Assembly: GCA_017860005.1 (NCBI GenBank)
Contig: JAFNAE010000003.1
Location: forward strand, 1-50,916
DNA length: 50,916 nucleotides
Direction: 5' to 3'
Origin: Acidobacteriota bacterium
Lineage (GTDB): Bacteria; Acidobacteriota; Thermoanaerobaculia; Multivoradales; JAGPDF01
The position numbers were made by a program, and so were the translations under genes. Under the pieces are notes generated by a model that saw only the letters and a list, made by a program, of their open reading frames with translations, ran no database searches and had not been told where the DNA came from. This document shows positions 21,263 through 30,030 of the stretch, piece after piece (positions within the stretch are counted from its first letter, which is position 1; every line of letters begins with the position of its first letter).

Positions 21263-23095
21263 TCACGGCGAGCGCCGGCCGGCCTCCTCGATCGCCGCGA
21301 GGACGAGCTCCTTGCCCAGCAGCTCGGGCAGCAGCCGCGGCTCGCGTCCCGGCCGGTACAGCATGTAGAAGGGGATGCCGTAGCGGCCGTGGGCGGCCAG
21401 GAAGTCGCCGATCGCGTCGTCCCGGTTGGTCCAGTCCGCCTTCATCGGCACCACCCCGTGGCGCGCCAGCGCCGCGCGCACCTCGGGCGTCTCCAGGATC
21501 AGCCGCTCGTTGACCTTGCAGGTCACGCACCAGTCCGCGGTGACGTCGAGGAAGACCGGCGTGCCCGCGGCGGCGAGCCGTTCGGCCTCGGCCGGGTCCC
21601 AGGCGCGCCAGGCGATGCGGCCGGTGTCGCCGCTCACCTCGATCGTGCGCGCGGCCGGTCCGCCGCCGGCGGCGAGCGCGATCGAAGCCGCGGCCAGGGC
21701 GATCGCGGCCCCGCCCCAGAGCCGCCGCGCCACCGAGCCGAGCCGCGCGCGGTGGGCGAGCCAGACGCCGAGCGCGGTGGCGAGCAGGGCAGATTCGACC
21801 AGCGCCAGCCGCTCGGGAGCGACCTGGTTGCCGAGCACGTAGAGCAGCCAGACCAGCGCGCCCGCGAGCAGGAAGCCCATCACCCCGCGGAGCGTCTCCA
21901 TCCAGGCCCCGGGTCGTGGCAACAGGCGTGCCGCGGCAGGCGCGGCGGCCAGCGCCAGGTAGGGGAGCGCCATGCCGAGGCCGATCGCGGTGAACACGGC
22001 GGCGACGATCGGTGCGCTCTGCGCGAGCGCGAAGCCGACCGCGGTGCCGAGGAAGGGCGCCGAGCACGGCGTCGCCATCAGGGTCGCGAACAGCCCCGAG
22101 ACGAAGTGTCCGGCGACGCCCTCGCGCCCGCCCTCGCCGGCCGCGGCGGCGAGCCGGCCCGGCAGCTGGATCTCGAACAGGCCCCACAGGTTGAGCGTGA
22201 AGAGCAGGATCACCGCGGCGAGGAAGGCGACGAAGCCGGGGCGCTGGAACTGCACGCCCCAGCCGACCGCGGAGCCGGCCGCCTTGGCGGCGATCGCGGC
22301 GCCGGCCAGGACCCAGAACGAGACCAGGATGCCGGCCGCGGTGGCGAGCGCGCCGACCCGGACGTGGCGACGTCCGGCGGCGGCCGAGCGCACCAGGCCG
22401 AAGACCTTGAGCGAGAGGATCGGCAGCACGCAGGGCATGGCGTTGAGGATCAGCCCGCCGACCAGTCCGAGCAGCAGGACGACGGCGAGCCCGCGTCCGC
22501 CTTCAGGGCCCGATGGGGCTCCGTCCTCCGGCCGCGTCGCCCGGGCGGGCTCGGCGGCGAACAGCTCGGCGTGGGTCGGCGCTCCGGCGCCGCCGATTGC
22601 GAGGTCGACGCCGGCGGTGCGCTCGACCGGCGGCAGGCACGACCTGTCGTCGCAGGCCTGGTAGCGGAGCGTCGCTCGCACTGCCGCCGCGCCCGCGGGC
22701 GCGGCGGCCGGAACCTCGACCTCGAAGAAGAGGCGGACGCGCCCCTCGTAGACGGCCAGGGGCTCCTCGGCGAAGGCGAAGCGGGCGAGGTCGGGCTCCG
22801 GATAGCGCACCGCGCCGGCGCTCCAGCCCGGCGGGACCTCGACGCGGAGCTCGGTCGGAATCAGGTAGTCGAAGGTCGGCACGTGCGCCTGCGCGTGCCA
22901 GCCCGGCTCGATCTCGACCACCGCGACCAGCCGCGCGACCTCGCCCGGCGCGTACGACGAGCGGTCGGCGGCGAGCGTGAGTTCGGCCTTCTGGACGCGC
23001 TCCGGCTGGGCCGCGGCGCCGCACACCAGGGCCAGACCGGCGGCCACGGCGAGCGTGGGCGCACGCCACGCGAGTCGGTCCCGGATGCCGGTCAT
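21263..23095 (-). CDS. DsbD-family protein-disulfide reductase
   Basis: Signal peptide; N-domain QACDDRSCLPP; TM domain NAMPCVLP and ATPCSAP; thioredoxin DWCVTCK. Confidence 0.92.
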   Translation of the reverse strand: MTGIRDRLAWRAPTLAVAAGLALVCGAAAQPERVQKAELTLAADRSSYAPGEVARLVAVVEIEPGWHAQAHVPTFDYLIPTELRVEVPPGWSAGAVRYPEPDLARFAFAEEPLAVYEGRVRLFFEVEVPAAAPAGAAAVRATLRYQACDDRSCLPPVERTAGVDLAIGGAGAPTHAELFAAEPARATRPEDGAPSGPEGGRGLAVVLLLGLVGGLILNAMPCVLPILSLKVFGLVRSAAAGRRHVRVGALATAAGILVSFWVLAGAAIAAKAAGSAVGWGVQFQRPGFVAFLAAVILLFTLNLWGLFEIQLPGRLAAAAGEGGREGVAGHFVSGLFATLMATPCSAPFLGTAVGFALAQSAPIVAAVFTAIGLGMALPYLALAAAPAAARLLPRPGAWMETLRGVMGFLLAGALVWLLYVLGNQVAPERLALVESALLATALGVWLAHRARLGSVARRLWGGAAIALAAASIALAAGGGPAARTIEVSGDTGRIAWRAWDPAEAERLAAAGTPVFLDVTADWCVTCKVNERLILETPEVRAALARHGVVPMKADWTNRDDAIGDFLAAHGRYGIPFYMLYRPGREPRLLPELLGKELVLAAIEEAGRRSP

Positions 23096-23967
23096 GTGCA
23101 GCGCGGTCCCGCGTCGGCGCGCAGGCGCGCCAGCGCGCGGCGCGCTTCGCCGAGCAGCGGGCTCGACGGGTGGTCCTTCTCGAAGCGGGCCAGCAGACCG
23201 GCGGCGTCGCCGCAGTCGCGCGCGCTCTCGGCGATCCAGAAGGGAAGCAGCGCGAGGCGCTCACCCAGCTCGGGGTCGGACGCCCCGGCCCGTCGCCGGG
23301 CGCGATCGGCGCCGGCGGCCGCGGCGCGCGCCTGGTCCAGGTCGCCGGCCATGCGCCAGGCGTCCGCCAGCAGGTACCGGCTCCAGGCCTCGCGCTCGGG
23401 CGGCAGCGAGGCGACGGCGAGCAGCTTTTCGAGAGCGGCCGCCGCGCGCGCGCCGTCCCGGCGCTGCCAGCGCTCCAGGGCGACGGCCTCGAGCGCTTGC
23501 GCGTCGCCGCCGGCGAGTGTGCGCTCGTAGGCGGCGAGCGCGCGCTGGTGGGCGGCGATCTCGGCGCGCACGCTGCGCACGAGCTCGCGCGCGGGCGCGA
23601 AGCCGGACACGGCTCCGACGTAGGCTCCCGAAGGCTCGAGCAGGATCAGGGTCGGCAGCGAGACCGCGCCGTAGGTTTCGGCGAGCTCGGTGCCCTCGCC
23701 GCCGTCCTCGACGTCGACGCGCAGCAGCACCAGCTCTTGCGCCATTGCGACGAAGGCCGGGTCCGGGAAGACCTCGCGCTCGAGCCGCTCGCACCAGCCG
23801 CACCACTCGGCGTAGGCGTCCACCAGAACCAGCCTTCCCGAGGCGCGCGCCTGCGTCATCGCGCTCTCGACCCGCCGCTCCCAGCGCGGCGGCGGCTGGC
23901 CCTCGAGGGCCGTCGAGAGCGTCGCGGCCGCAGCCAGAAGCGTCACTGCAAGACGTTGATTCAGCAC
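23092..23967 (-). CDS. Exported thioredoxin-fold protein with C-terminal TPR-like helices
   Basis: Signal-like N-terminus, VDAYAEWCGWC, LPT cis-Pro loop; ATGA overlap with the DsbD gene; start approximate. Confidence 0.82.
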   Translation of the reverse strand: MLNQRLAVTLLAAAATLSTALEGQPPPRWERRVESAMTQARASGRLVLVDAYAEWCGWCERLEREVFPDPAFVAMAQELVLLRVDVEDGGEGTELAETYGAVSLPTLILLEPSGAYVGAVSGFAPARELVRSVRAEIAAHQRALAAYERTLAGGDAQALEAVALERWQRRDGARAAAALEKLLAVASLPPEREAWSRYLLADAWRMAGDLDQARAAAAGADRARRRAGASDPELGERLALLPFWIAESARDCGDAAGLLARFEKDHPSSPLLGEARRALARLRADAGPRCT

Positions 23968-24147
23968 GGTTTGGGGGGCTTCCTCGAAGGCTCCAGGAAG
24001 CGCCGCGATGATAGCACGGCGAGCCTGGGCGAGCGGCGCGACGGTATCTCGAGCCCGGTCGGGCTCCGATAAGCTAGCGCCGCGGAGCCCGGTAGCCGGC
24101 GCCAGAGCGGGGCCGGCTCCCGGAACGACCCGAAGGAGACCGGAGAC

Positions 24148-25989
24148 ATGTCCATGCCACGTTCGCGGTCGAGCCGCAGGCTCGCCGTCGCGCTCGCAGG
24201 AGCCCTCGCCACGATGCTCGACTCCCCCGTCGCCGCCCAGCCGCAGGGCCCGCCCACCGTGGAGGAGGCCCAGAGCTTCCTCGTCGACGCCGAGGCCCGG
24301 CTGCTCGACCTCTGGATCCAGCGCGAGCGCGCGTCCTGGGTCCAGTCGACCTACATCACCTACGACACCGAGCTGCTCGCGGCGCGCGCCAACGAGGAGA
24401 CGATCAAGGCCACGATGGAGCTGGCGCGCGCGGCTACCCGCTACGACGCGCTCGAGCTGCCGGAGCCGTGGGCGCGCAAGCTGAGGCTGCTCAAGATCGC
24501 GCTCACCCTGCCCGCGCCCTCGGACGCGGCGCAGCGCGCCGAGCTGACCCAGATTGCGGCGCGCATGGAGGGCACCTACGGGCGCGGCAAGTGGTGCCCG
24601 GGCGAGGGCAAGGAGTGCCTCGACATCGCGGCGATCTCGGACCTGCTCGCGGCGAGCCGCGACCCGAAGGAGCTCGAAGCGGCCTGGCAGGGCTGGCACG
24701 ACATCTCCACCCACGGCATGCGCGAGGACTACCGCCGCTTCGTCGAGCTCGGCAACGCCGGCGCGCGCGAGCTGGGCTTCCAGGACCTGGGCGCGCTCTG
24801 GCGCTCCAAGTACGACCTCGACCCGGTCGCCTTCGAAGTCGAGCTCGAGCGGCTCTGGCTCCAGGTCAAGCCGCTCTACGATTCGCTCCACTGCTACGTG
24901 CGCGCGCGGCTGACCGAGACCTACGGCCCCGAGGTGGTGCCCCCCGGCAAGCCGATCCCCGCCCACCTGCTCGGCAACCTCTGGGCCCAGCAGTGGGGCA
25001 ACGTCTACGAGCTGGTCGAGCCGAAGGGCGTCGCCGACCCCGGCTACGCGCTCACCGAGCGCCTCGAGAAGGCCGGCTACGACCCGATCAAGATGGTCAA
25101 GACCGGCGAGGCCTTCTTCACCTCGCTCGGGCTTGCACCGCTGCCCGAGACCTTCTGGGAGCGCTCCATGTTCGTCAAGCCGCGCGACCGGGACGTCGTC
25201 TGTCACGCCAGCGCCTGGTCGGTGGACCAGAAGGACGACCTGCGCATCAAGATGTGCATCCAGGTCAACGAGGAGGACTTCAACACCATCCACCACGAGC
25301 TCGGGCACAACTTCTACCAGCGCGCCCACAACACCCAGGATCCGCTCTTCCGCGACGGCGCCAACGACGGCTTCCACGAGGCGCTGGGCGACACGCTGGC
25401 GCTCTCGGTGACGCCGAAGTACCTGATTCGCCTCGGCCTGATCGACAAGGAGCCGCCCGCCGACGCCGACGTCGCGCTGCTGCTGCGCCAGGCGCTCGAC
25501 AAGGTCGCCTTCCTGCCCTTCGGCCTGGTCATCGACAAGTGGCGCTGGGGCGTCTTCTCGGGCCGCATTCCGGCCGACCGCTACAACCAGGCCTGGTGGG
25601 ACCTCAAGCTCAAGTACCAGGGCGTGGCGCCGCCGTCGCCGCGCAGCGAGGCGCAGTTCGATCCGGGCGCCAAGTACCACGTGCCCGGCAACACGCCCTA
25701 CATGCGCTACTTCCTCGCCCACATCCTCCAGTTCCAGTTCCACCGCGACCTGACCGCCGCCGCCGGCGAGACCGGCCCGCTGCACCGGCGCTCGATCTAC
25801 GGCAGCAGGGTGGCCGGGGAGAGGATCGAGAAGATGATGCTCATGGGCGCGTCGAAGCCGTGGCCGGACGCGCTCGAGACGCTCACCGGATCGCGCGACA
25901 TGGACGCCTCGGCGGTGCTCGAGTACTTCGCGCCGCTCAAGACCTGGCTCGACGAGCAGAACCGCGGCCAGGTGTGCGGTTGGCAGTGA
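24148..25989 (+). CDS. M2-family peptidyl-dipeptidase (angiotensin-converting-enzyme-like)
   Basis: IPAHLLGNLWAQQW, CHASAW, HHELGH, GANDGFHEA, FDPGAKYHVP, PYMRYF; signal peptide. Confidence 0.95.
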   Translation: MSMPRSRSSRRLAVALAGALATMLDSPVAAQPQGPPTVEEAQSFLVDAEARLLDLWIQRERASWVQSTYITYDTELLAARANEETIKATMELARAATRYDALELPEPWARKLRLLKIALTLPAPSDAAQRAELTQIAARMEGTYGRGKWCPGEGKECLDIAAISDLLAASRDPKELEAAWQGWHDISTHGMREDYRRFVELGNAGARELGFQDLGALWRSKYDLDPVAFEVELERLWLQVKPLYDSLHCYVRARLTETYGPEVVPPGKPIPAHLLGNLWAQQWGNVYELVEPKGVADPGYALTERLEKAGYDPIKMVKTGEAFFTSLGLAPLPETFWERSMFVKPRDRDVVCHASAWSVDQKDDLRIKMCIQVNEEDFNTIHHELGHNFYQRAHNTQDPLFRDGANDGFHEALGDTLALSVTPKYLIRLGLIDKEPPADADVALLLRQALDKVAFLPFGLVIDKWRWGVFSGRIPADRYNQAWWDLKLKYQGVAPPSPRSEAQFDPGAKYHVPGNTPYMRYFLAHILQFQFHRDLTAAAGETGPLHRRSIYGSRVAGERIEKMMLMGASKPWPDALETLTGSRDMDASAVLEYFAPLKTWLDEQNRGQVCGWQ

Positions 25990-26003
25990 GGGCCTGAGCG
26001 GCG

Positions 26004-27158
26004 ATGGACGACGACGCCACCGAATCCCGCGTCCGCCGCGGCGGCGAGGGAGGGTCTCCGTGGTCGGTCCGCATCGGCGCCCTCGCGGGCATCCCGATCC
26101 GGATCCACCTGACCTTCTTCCTGCTGCTGCTCTGGTTCGGCAACGTCTCCTCCGACCAGGGCGAGGGGTTCCTGGGTGGCGTCGTCTTCATGCTCCTGCT
26201 GTTCGGTTGCGTCGTCCTGCACGAGCTCGGCCACGCCCTGGCGGCGCGCCGCTTCGGCGTCGCGACGCGCGAGATCGTGCTCTATCCGTTCGGCGGCGTG
26301 GCGCGCATCGACCGCATGCCCGCTGGCAAGGCGGAGCTGGTCATCGCGCTCGCCGGACCGGCGGTCAACCTGGTGCTGGCGGCGCTGCTGGGTGGCGCCC
26401 TGTTCGCCCTCAGGGCGCACGCCCCGGACTCCGCCGAGGAGGTGATCGCCGACGCGCCGGTGCTCTGGCAGCTGCTCTGGGCGAACCTGGTGCTGTTCGG
26501 CTTCAACCTCCTGCCCGCGTTCCCGATGGACGGCGGCCGCGTGCTGCGCGCCACGCTCTCGCTCTTCCTGGGCGAGACGCGCGCCACCAACATCGCGGCC
26601 GCGGTCGGGCAGAGCCTGGCGCTGGTGTTCGCGGTGCTCGCCTTCGTGCCGCCGCCGGTCAAGCCGGTGCTGCTGCTGATCGCGTTCTTCGTCTTCGTGG
26701 GCGCCGGACAGGAGGCGTCCTACCAGCGCAGCCGGGCCGCCGTGCGCGGGCTGACCGCCTCCAACGCCATGGTGACCCGCTTCGAGACGCTCGCGCCCCA
26801 GGACCCGCTCTCGCGCGCGGCGCAGCTGCTGCTCGCCACCCAGCAGCAGGACTTCCCGGTGCTCGACGCCTGGGACCGGGTGGCGGGCGTGCTGCACCGG
26901 TCGGCGCTGCTCGCGGCGCTCGCCGGAGAGGGGCGCGAAGGAACCGTGCTCGAGGCGATGGACCGGGAGCCGCCGGTGGTGCGCCCCGACGCGCCACTCG
27001 AGGAGGTGCTGCGCCTGCTCCAGGCGCGGCCGATGCAGCCCGTGCTCGTGGTCGGCGAGCGCGGGCTCGAGGGCATGATCACGCTCGAGAATTTCGGCGA
27101 GCTGCTCGAGATCGCCGAGAGTCTCGGCCGTACCGGCGCGATCCGGATCCGCTCCTAG
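26004..27158 (+). CDS. Site-2 protease (M50) with CBS domains
   Basis: HELGH, AGP, FNLLPAFPMDGGR, C-terminal CBS pair. Confidence 0.93.
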   Translation: MDDDATESRVRRGGEGGSPWSVRIGALAGIPIRIHLTFFLLLLWFGNVSSDQGEGFLGGVVFMLLLFGCVVLHELGHALAARRFGVATREIVLYPFGGVARIDRMPAGKAELVIALAGPAVNLVLAALLGGALFALRAHAPDSAEEVIADAPVLWQLLWANLVLFGFNLLPAFPMDGGRVLRATLSLFLGETRATNIAAAVGQSLALVFAVLAFVPPPVKPVLLLIAFFVFVGAGQEASYQRSRAAVRGLTASNAMVTRFETLAPQDPLSRAAQLLLATQQQDFPVLDAWDRVAGVLHRSALLAALAGEGREGTVLEAMDREPPVVRPDAPLEEVLRLLQARPMQPVLVVGERGLEGMITLENFGELLEIAESLGRTGAIRIRS

Positions 27159-27162
27159 CCGC

Positions 27163-29214
27163 TCACCAGACGGTGCAGGTCGGCTCGGCGACCATCGCGT
27201 CGCCGGGCTCGCACGAGAACGCCTCCCGGAACGCGCGCGAGTTGCGCGGCGCGCCGACCGCGCGGAACATGCCCGGGGAGTGCGAATCGGTGGTCACCTG
27301 GCGGCGCAGGAACTCGGGCGTCGTGAGCGTGCACCAGACCTGGCCGAAGGCGACGAACAGCAGCTGGTCGTTGCTCAGCCCGGGGGCCAGGGGCGCGGGC
27401 GAGCCGTGGCGCGCCTCCCAGGCCTTGTAGGCGTCGTAGGCCTGCTCGACGCCGCCCAGGTCGGCGATGTTCTCGCCCAGGGTGAGCTTGCCGTCGACCC
27501 TGACGCCCGGTTCGACCTCGAGCTTCGCGTACTGCTCCTCGACGCACCTGGCGGCCTGCTCGAACTTGGCCGCCACCTCCGGCTCCCACCACTCGCGCAG
27601 CACGCCGTCGCCGTCGGACTTGCGTCCCTGGTCGTCGAAGCCGTGGGTGAGCTCGTGACCCATGACGGCGCCCACGCCGCCGTAGTTCATCGCGGCGGGG
27701 AAGTCGCGATGGAAGAAGGGCGGCTGCAGGATCCCGGCCGGGAAGGCGATCTCGTTGTTGGTCGGCTGGTAGTAGGCATTGACCAGCTGCGGCACCATCA
27801 GCCATTCGCCCCGATCCACGGGCTTGCCGACCTTGGCGAGCTGGCGCGCGACCTCGAAGCGCGCGGCGGACCCGGCGCTGCCGAAGTAGTCGGCGCGGCG
27901 CACGGCGACCGGCGAGTAGTCGCGCCAGGCGTCGGGGTAGCCGATCTTGTTGGTGACCTTGCGCGCCTTCTCGACCGCGCGGGCGCGGGTCACGTCGTCC
28001 ATCCACGACAGGTGGGCGAGGTTGGCCTCGAACGCCTTCTCGATGTCCTCGATCATCTCGACCGCGACGCGCTTGCTGTCGCCCGCGAACTCCCTCTCGA
28101 CGTAGAGCTTGCCGACCGCTTCGCCGAGCAGCCCGTTGACCGCCGCGACGCAGCGCTTCCAGCGCGGCTGGATCTCGGCCTGGCCCGAGAGCGTGCGCCC
28201 GAAGAACTCGAAGTCGGCGACCGCGAAGCGCTCGGGCAGGAAGTCGGCGCTCTGGTTCACCACGTGCCAGCGCAGATAGGCGCGCAGCGTCTCGGGGGTC
28301 GCGGCGGTCACCGCTCGGTCGAGCGCCTGGTAGAACTCGGGCACGGCGACGTTGATCGAGCGGATCTCCGGGGCGCCGAGCGCCTCGAAGTAGGCGGCCC
28401 ACGGCAGCGACGGCGCGAGCTTCTCGAGCCCCTCCCGATCGACCTTGTTGTAGAGCTTGTCGCGATCGCGCATCCGGGCGCGCGGGCGCGAGGCGCGCGC
28501 CAGCTCGGCCTCGAACGCGACCACGCGGCGGGCGTCCGCCGCGGCGCCCTCCGCGTCCTGGCCGAGCAGCCCCAGCATTCTCCCGACGTGCTTCTCGTAC
28601 GCGGCGAGGATCTCCTTCTTCCTGGCGTCCTCCGATACGTAGTAGTCGCGGTCCGGCAGGCCGAGCCCGCCCTGGGACATGAAGAACAGGGTCATGGTCG
28701 GGTCCTTGAAGTCGGCGACCGCGCCGGAGCCGAGCAGGACGTCGATGTCCGCGCGGCCGAGCTCGCCGGCCGCGCGCAGGAGCGTGGCGGCGTCGCGCGC
28801 CGAGCCGGCGATCGCGAGCAGCGGCTCGAGCGGCGTGGTGCCGGCCCTCTCGATCGCCGCCTCGTCCATGCAGGCGCCGTAGAAGTCCCCGATCTTCTGG
28901 CGCTCCGTCCCGGGCTCGCCGGGGTTCGCGGCGGCGTCCTCGAGCAGCGCCCGGACGATCTCGCGATTGCGCTCGGAGATGCTCGAGAAGCTGCGCGCCC
29001 AGCGCGCCTCGTCGGCGGGGAGCCTGGTGGTGTCGAGCCAGCCGCCGCAGGCGTAGCGGTAGAAGTCCTGGCACGGGTCGGCGCGCGGGTCCATCGCGGA
29101 GAGGACGGAGTCCCGGATCGCGTCGGGCGAGAGGCCGGTCGTCGCGGGCGCCGACTCGGCCGCCGCGGCTGCGAAGGGGGAGAGCAGGAGCAGGACGAGG
29201 ACGGTGGGCTTCAT
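27163..29214 (-). CDS. M13-family metallopeptidase (neprilysin/ECE/PepO-like)
   Basis: DPCQDFYRYACGGW, VNAYY, HELTHGFD, GENIADLGG, HSP; signal peptide. Confidence 0.95.
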   Translation of the reverse strand: MKPTVLVLLLLSPFAAAAAESAPATTGLSPDAIRDSVLSAMDPRADPCQDFYRYACGGWLDTTRLPADEARWARSFSSISERNREIVRALLEDAAANPGEPGTERQKIGDFYGACMDEAAIERAGTTPLEPLLAIAGSARDAATLLRAAGELGRADIDVLLGSGAVADFKDPTMTLFFMSQGGLGLPDRDYYVSEDARKKEILAAYEKHVGRMLGLLGQDAEGAAADARRVVAFEAELARASRPRARMRDRDKLYNKVDREGLEKLAPSLPWAAYFEALGAPEIRSINVAVPEFYQALDRAVTAATPETLRAYLRWHVVNQSADFLPERFAVADFEFFGRTLSGQAEIQPRWKRCVAAVNGLLGEAVGKLYVEREFAGDSKRVAVEMIEDIEKAFEANLAHLSWMDDVTRARAVEKARKVTNKIGYPDAWRDYSPVAVRRADYFGSAGSAARFEVARQLAKVGKPVDRGEWLMVPQLVNAYYQPTNNEIAFPAGILQPPFFHRDFPAAMNYGGVGAVMGHELTHGFDDQGRKSDGDGVLREWWEPEVAAKFEQAARCVEEQYAKLEVEPGVRVDGKLTLGENIADLGGVEQAYDAYKAWEARHGSPAPLAPGLSNDQLLFVAFGQVWCTLTTPEFLRRQVTTDSHSPGMFRAVGAPRNSRAFREAFSCEPGDAMVAEPTCTVW

Positions 29215-29293
29215 GGTGGATGAATCTAATCCCGCGGGCGCGGCCCGCCGAGTTCGCCGGGACGAGCCGGTCCCGCGGGGGTGCGGGCGCCGG

Positions 29294-29959
29294 TCAGGCC
29301 GGCTCGATGCAGGCCGGCTCGTCGCGCGCCGGATTGTTGACGAGCTTCGAGACCGGGAACGCCTCCATCCCGTCGGCGGGGAAGGGAGCGAGCAGGGGCG
29401 CGAGCTCGGAGGGCGAGGCCGCGGGGGCGAGCCAGGCGGCGTGGAGCGCGCGCGGCAGCAGGACCGGCATGCGGTCGTGGACGGTCGCGGCGAGCTCGTT
29501 GGGCGCCGTGGTCACGATGGCGCAGCTCTCGAGCGGCTCGCCGCTCGCCGGATCCCGCCAGCTCGACCAGAGGCCGGCCATGCCGAACACGCCGCCGCCG
29601 CGCAGGCGCAGCAGCCAGGGCTGCTTGCCGGCGCCGACCTTCTGCCACTCGAAGAAGCCGTCGGCCGGGACCAGGCAGCGGCGCTTGCGGTACGAGTCGC
29701 GGAAGGCCGGCTTCTCGGCCAGCGACTCGGCGCGCGCGTTGATCAGCCGGTTGCCGATCGCGGCCTCCTTGGCCCAGAACGGCACCAGCCCCCAGCGCAC
29801 CAGCGCCAGCTCGCGGCCGCCGCCGCCGGCCGCGCGCACGATCGGCACGCGCTGGCTGGGCGCGACGTTCCAGCGCGGCGCCAGCTCGGGCATCGCGTCG
29901 AGCCCGAAGGCCTCCGCCAGCACCGCGCCGGGGGTGGTCAGGAAGTAGCGGCCGCACAT
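29294..29959 (-). CDS. SOS response-associated peptidase (SRAP/YedK abasic-site protein)
   Basis: MCGRY N-terminus with Cys2, WGLVPFW, INARAES, RCLVPADGFFEW, HDRMP. Confidence 0.95.
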   Translation of the reverse strand: MCGRYFLTTPGAVLAEAFGLDAMPELAPRWNVAPSQRVPIVRAAGGGGRELALVRWGLVPFWAKEAAIGNRLINARAESLAEKPAFRDSYRKRRCLVPADGFFEWQKVGAGKQPWLLRLRGGGVFGMAGLWSSWRDPASGEPLESCAIVTTAPNELAATVHDRMPVLLPRALHAAWLAPAASPSELAPLLAPFPADGMEAFPVSKLVNNPARDEPACIEPA

Positions 29960-30030
29960 GGCGGGAGGATAACGGACCGGCTGTGGCGAGGGGCACAGGG
30001 GCCGGCCGGCTCCGGTGCTACCTTCCCGGC
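29960..30030. promoter_or_regulatory. Back-to-back putative leaderless promoters
   Basis: Minus: TATCCT (29966-29971) 6 nt before ATG 29959; plus: TGC-TACCTT (30016-30024) 6 nt before ATG 30031; no SD on either side. Confidence 0.6.

Noticed and set aside
29294-29959. SRAP as a prophage or mobile-element marker
   Set aside because: No integrase, phage or error-prone polymerase genes are nearby, and codon use matches the host.
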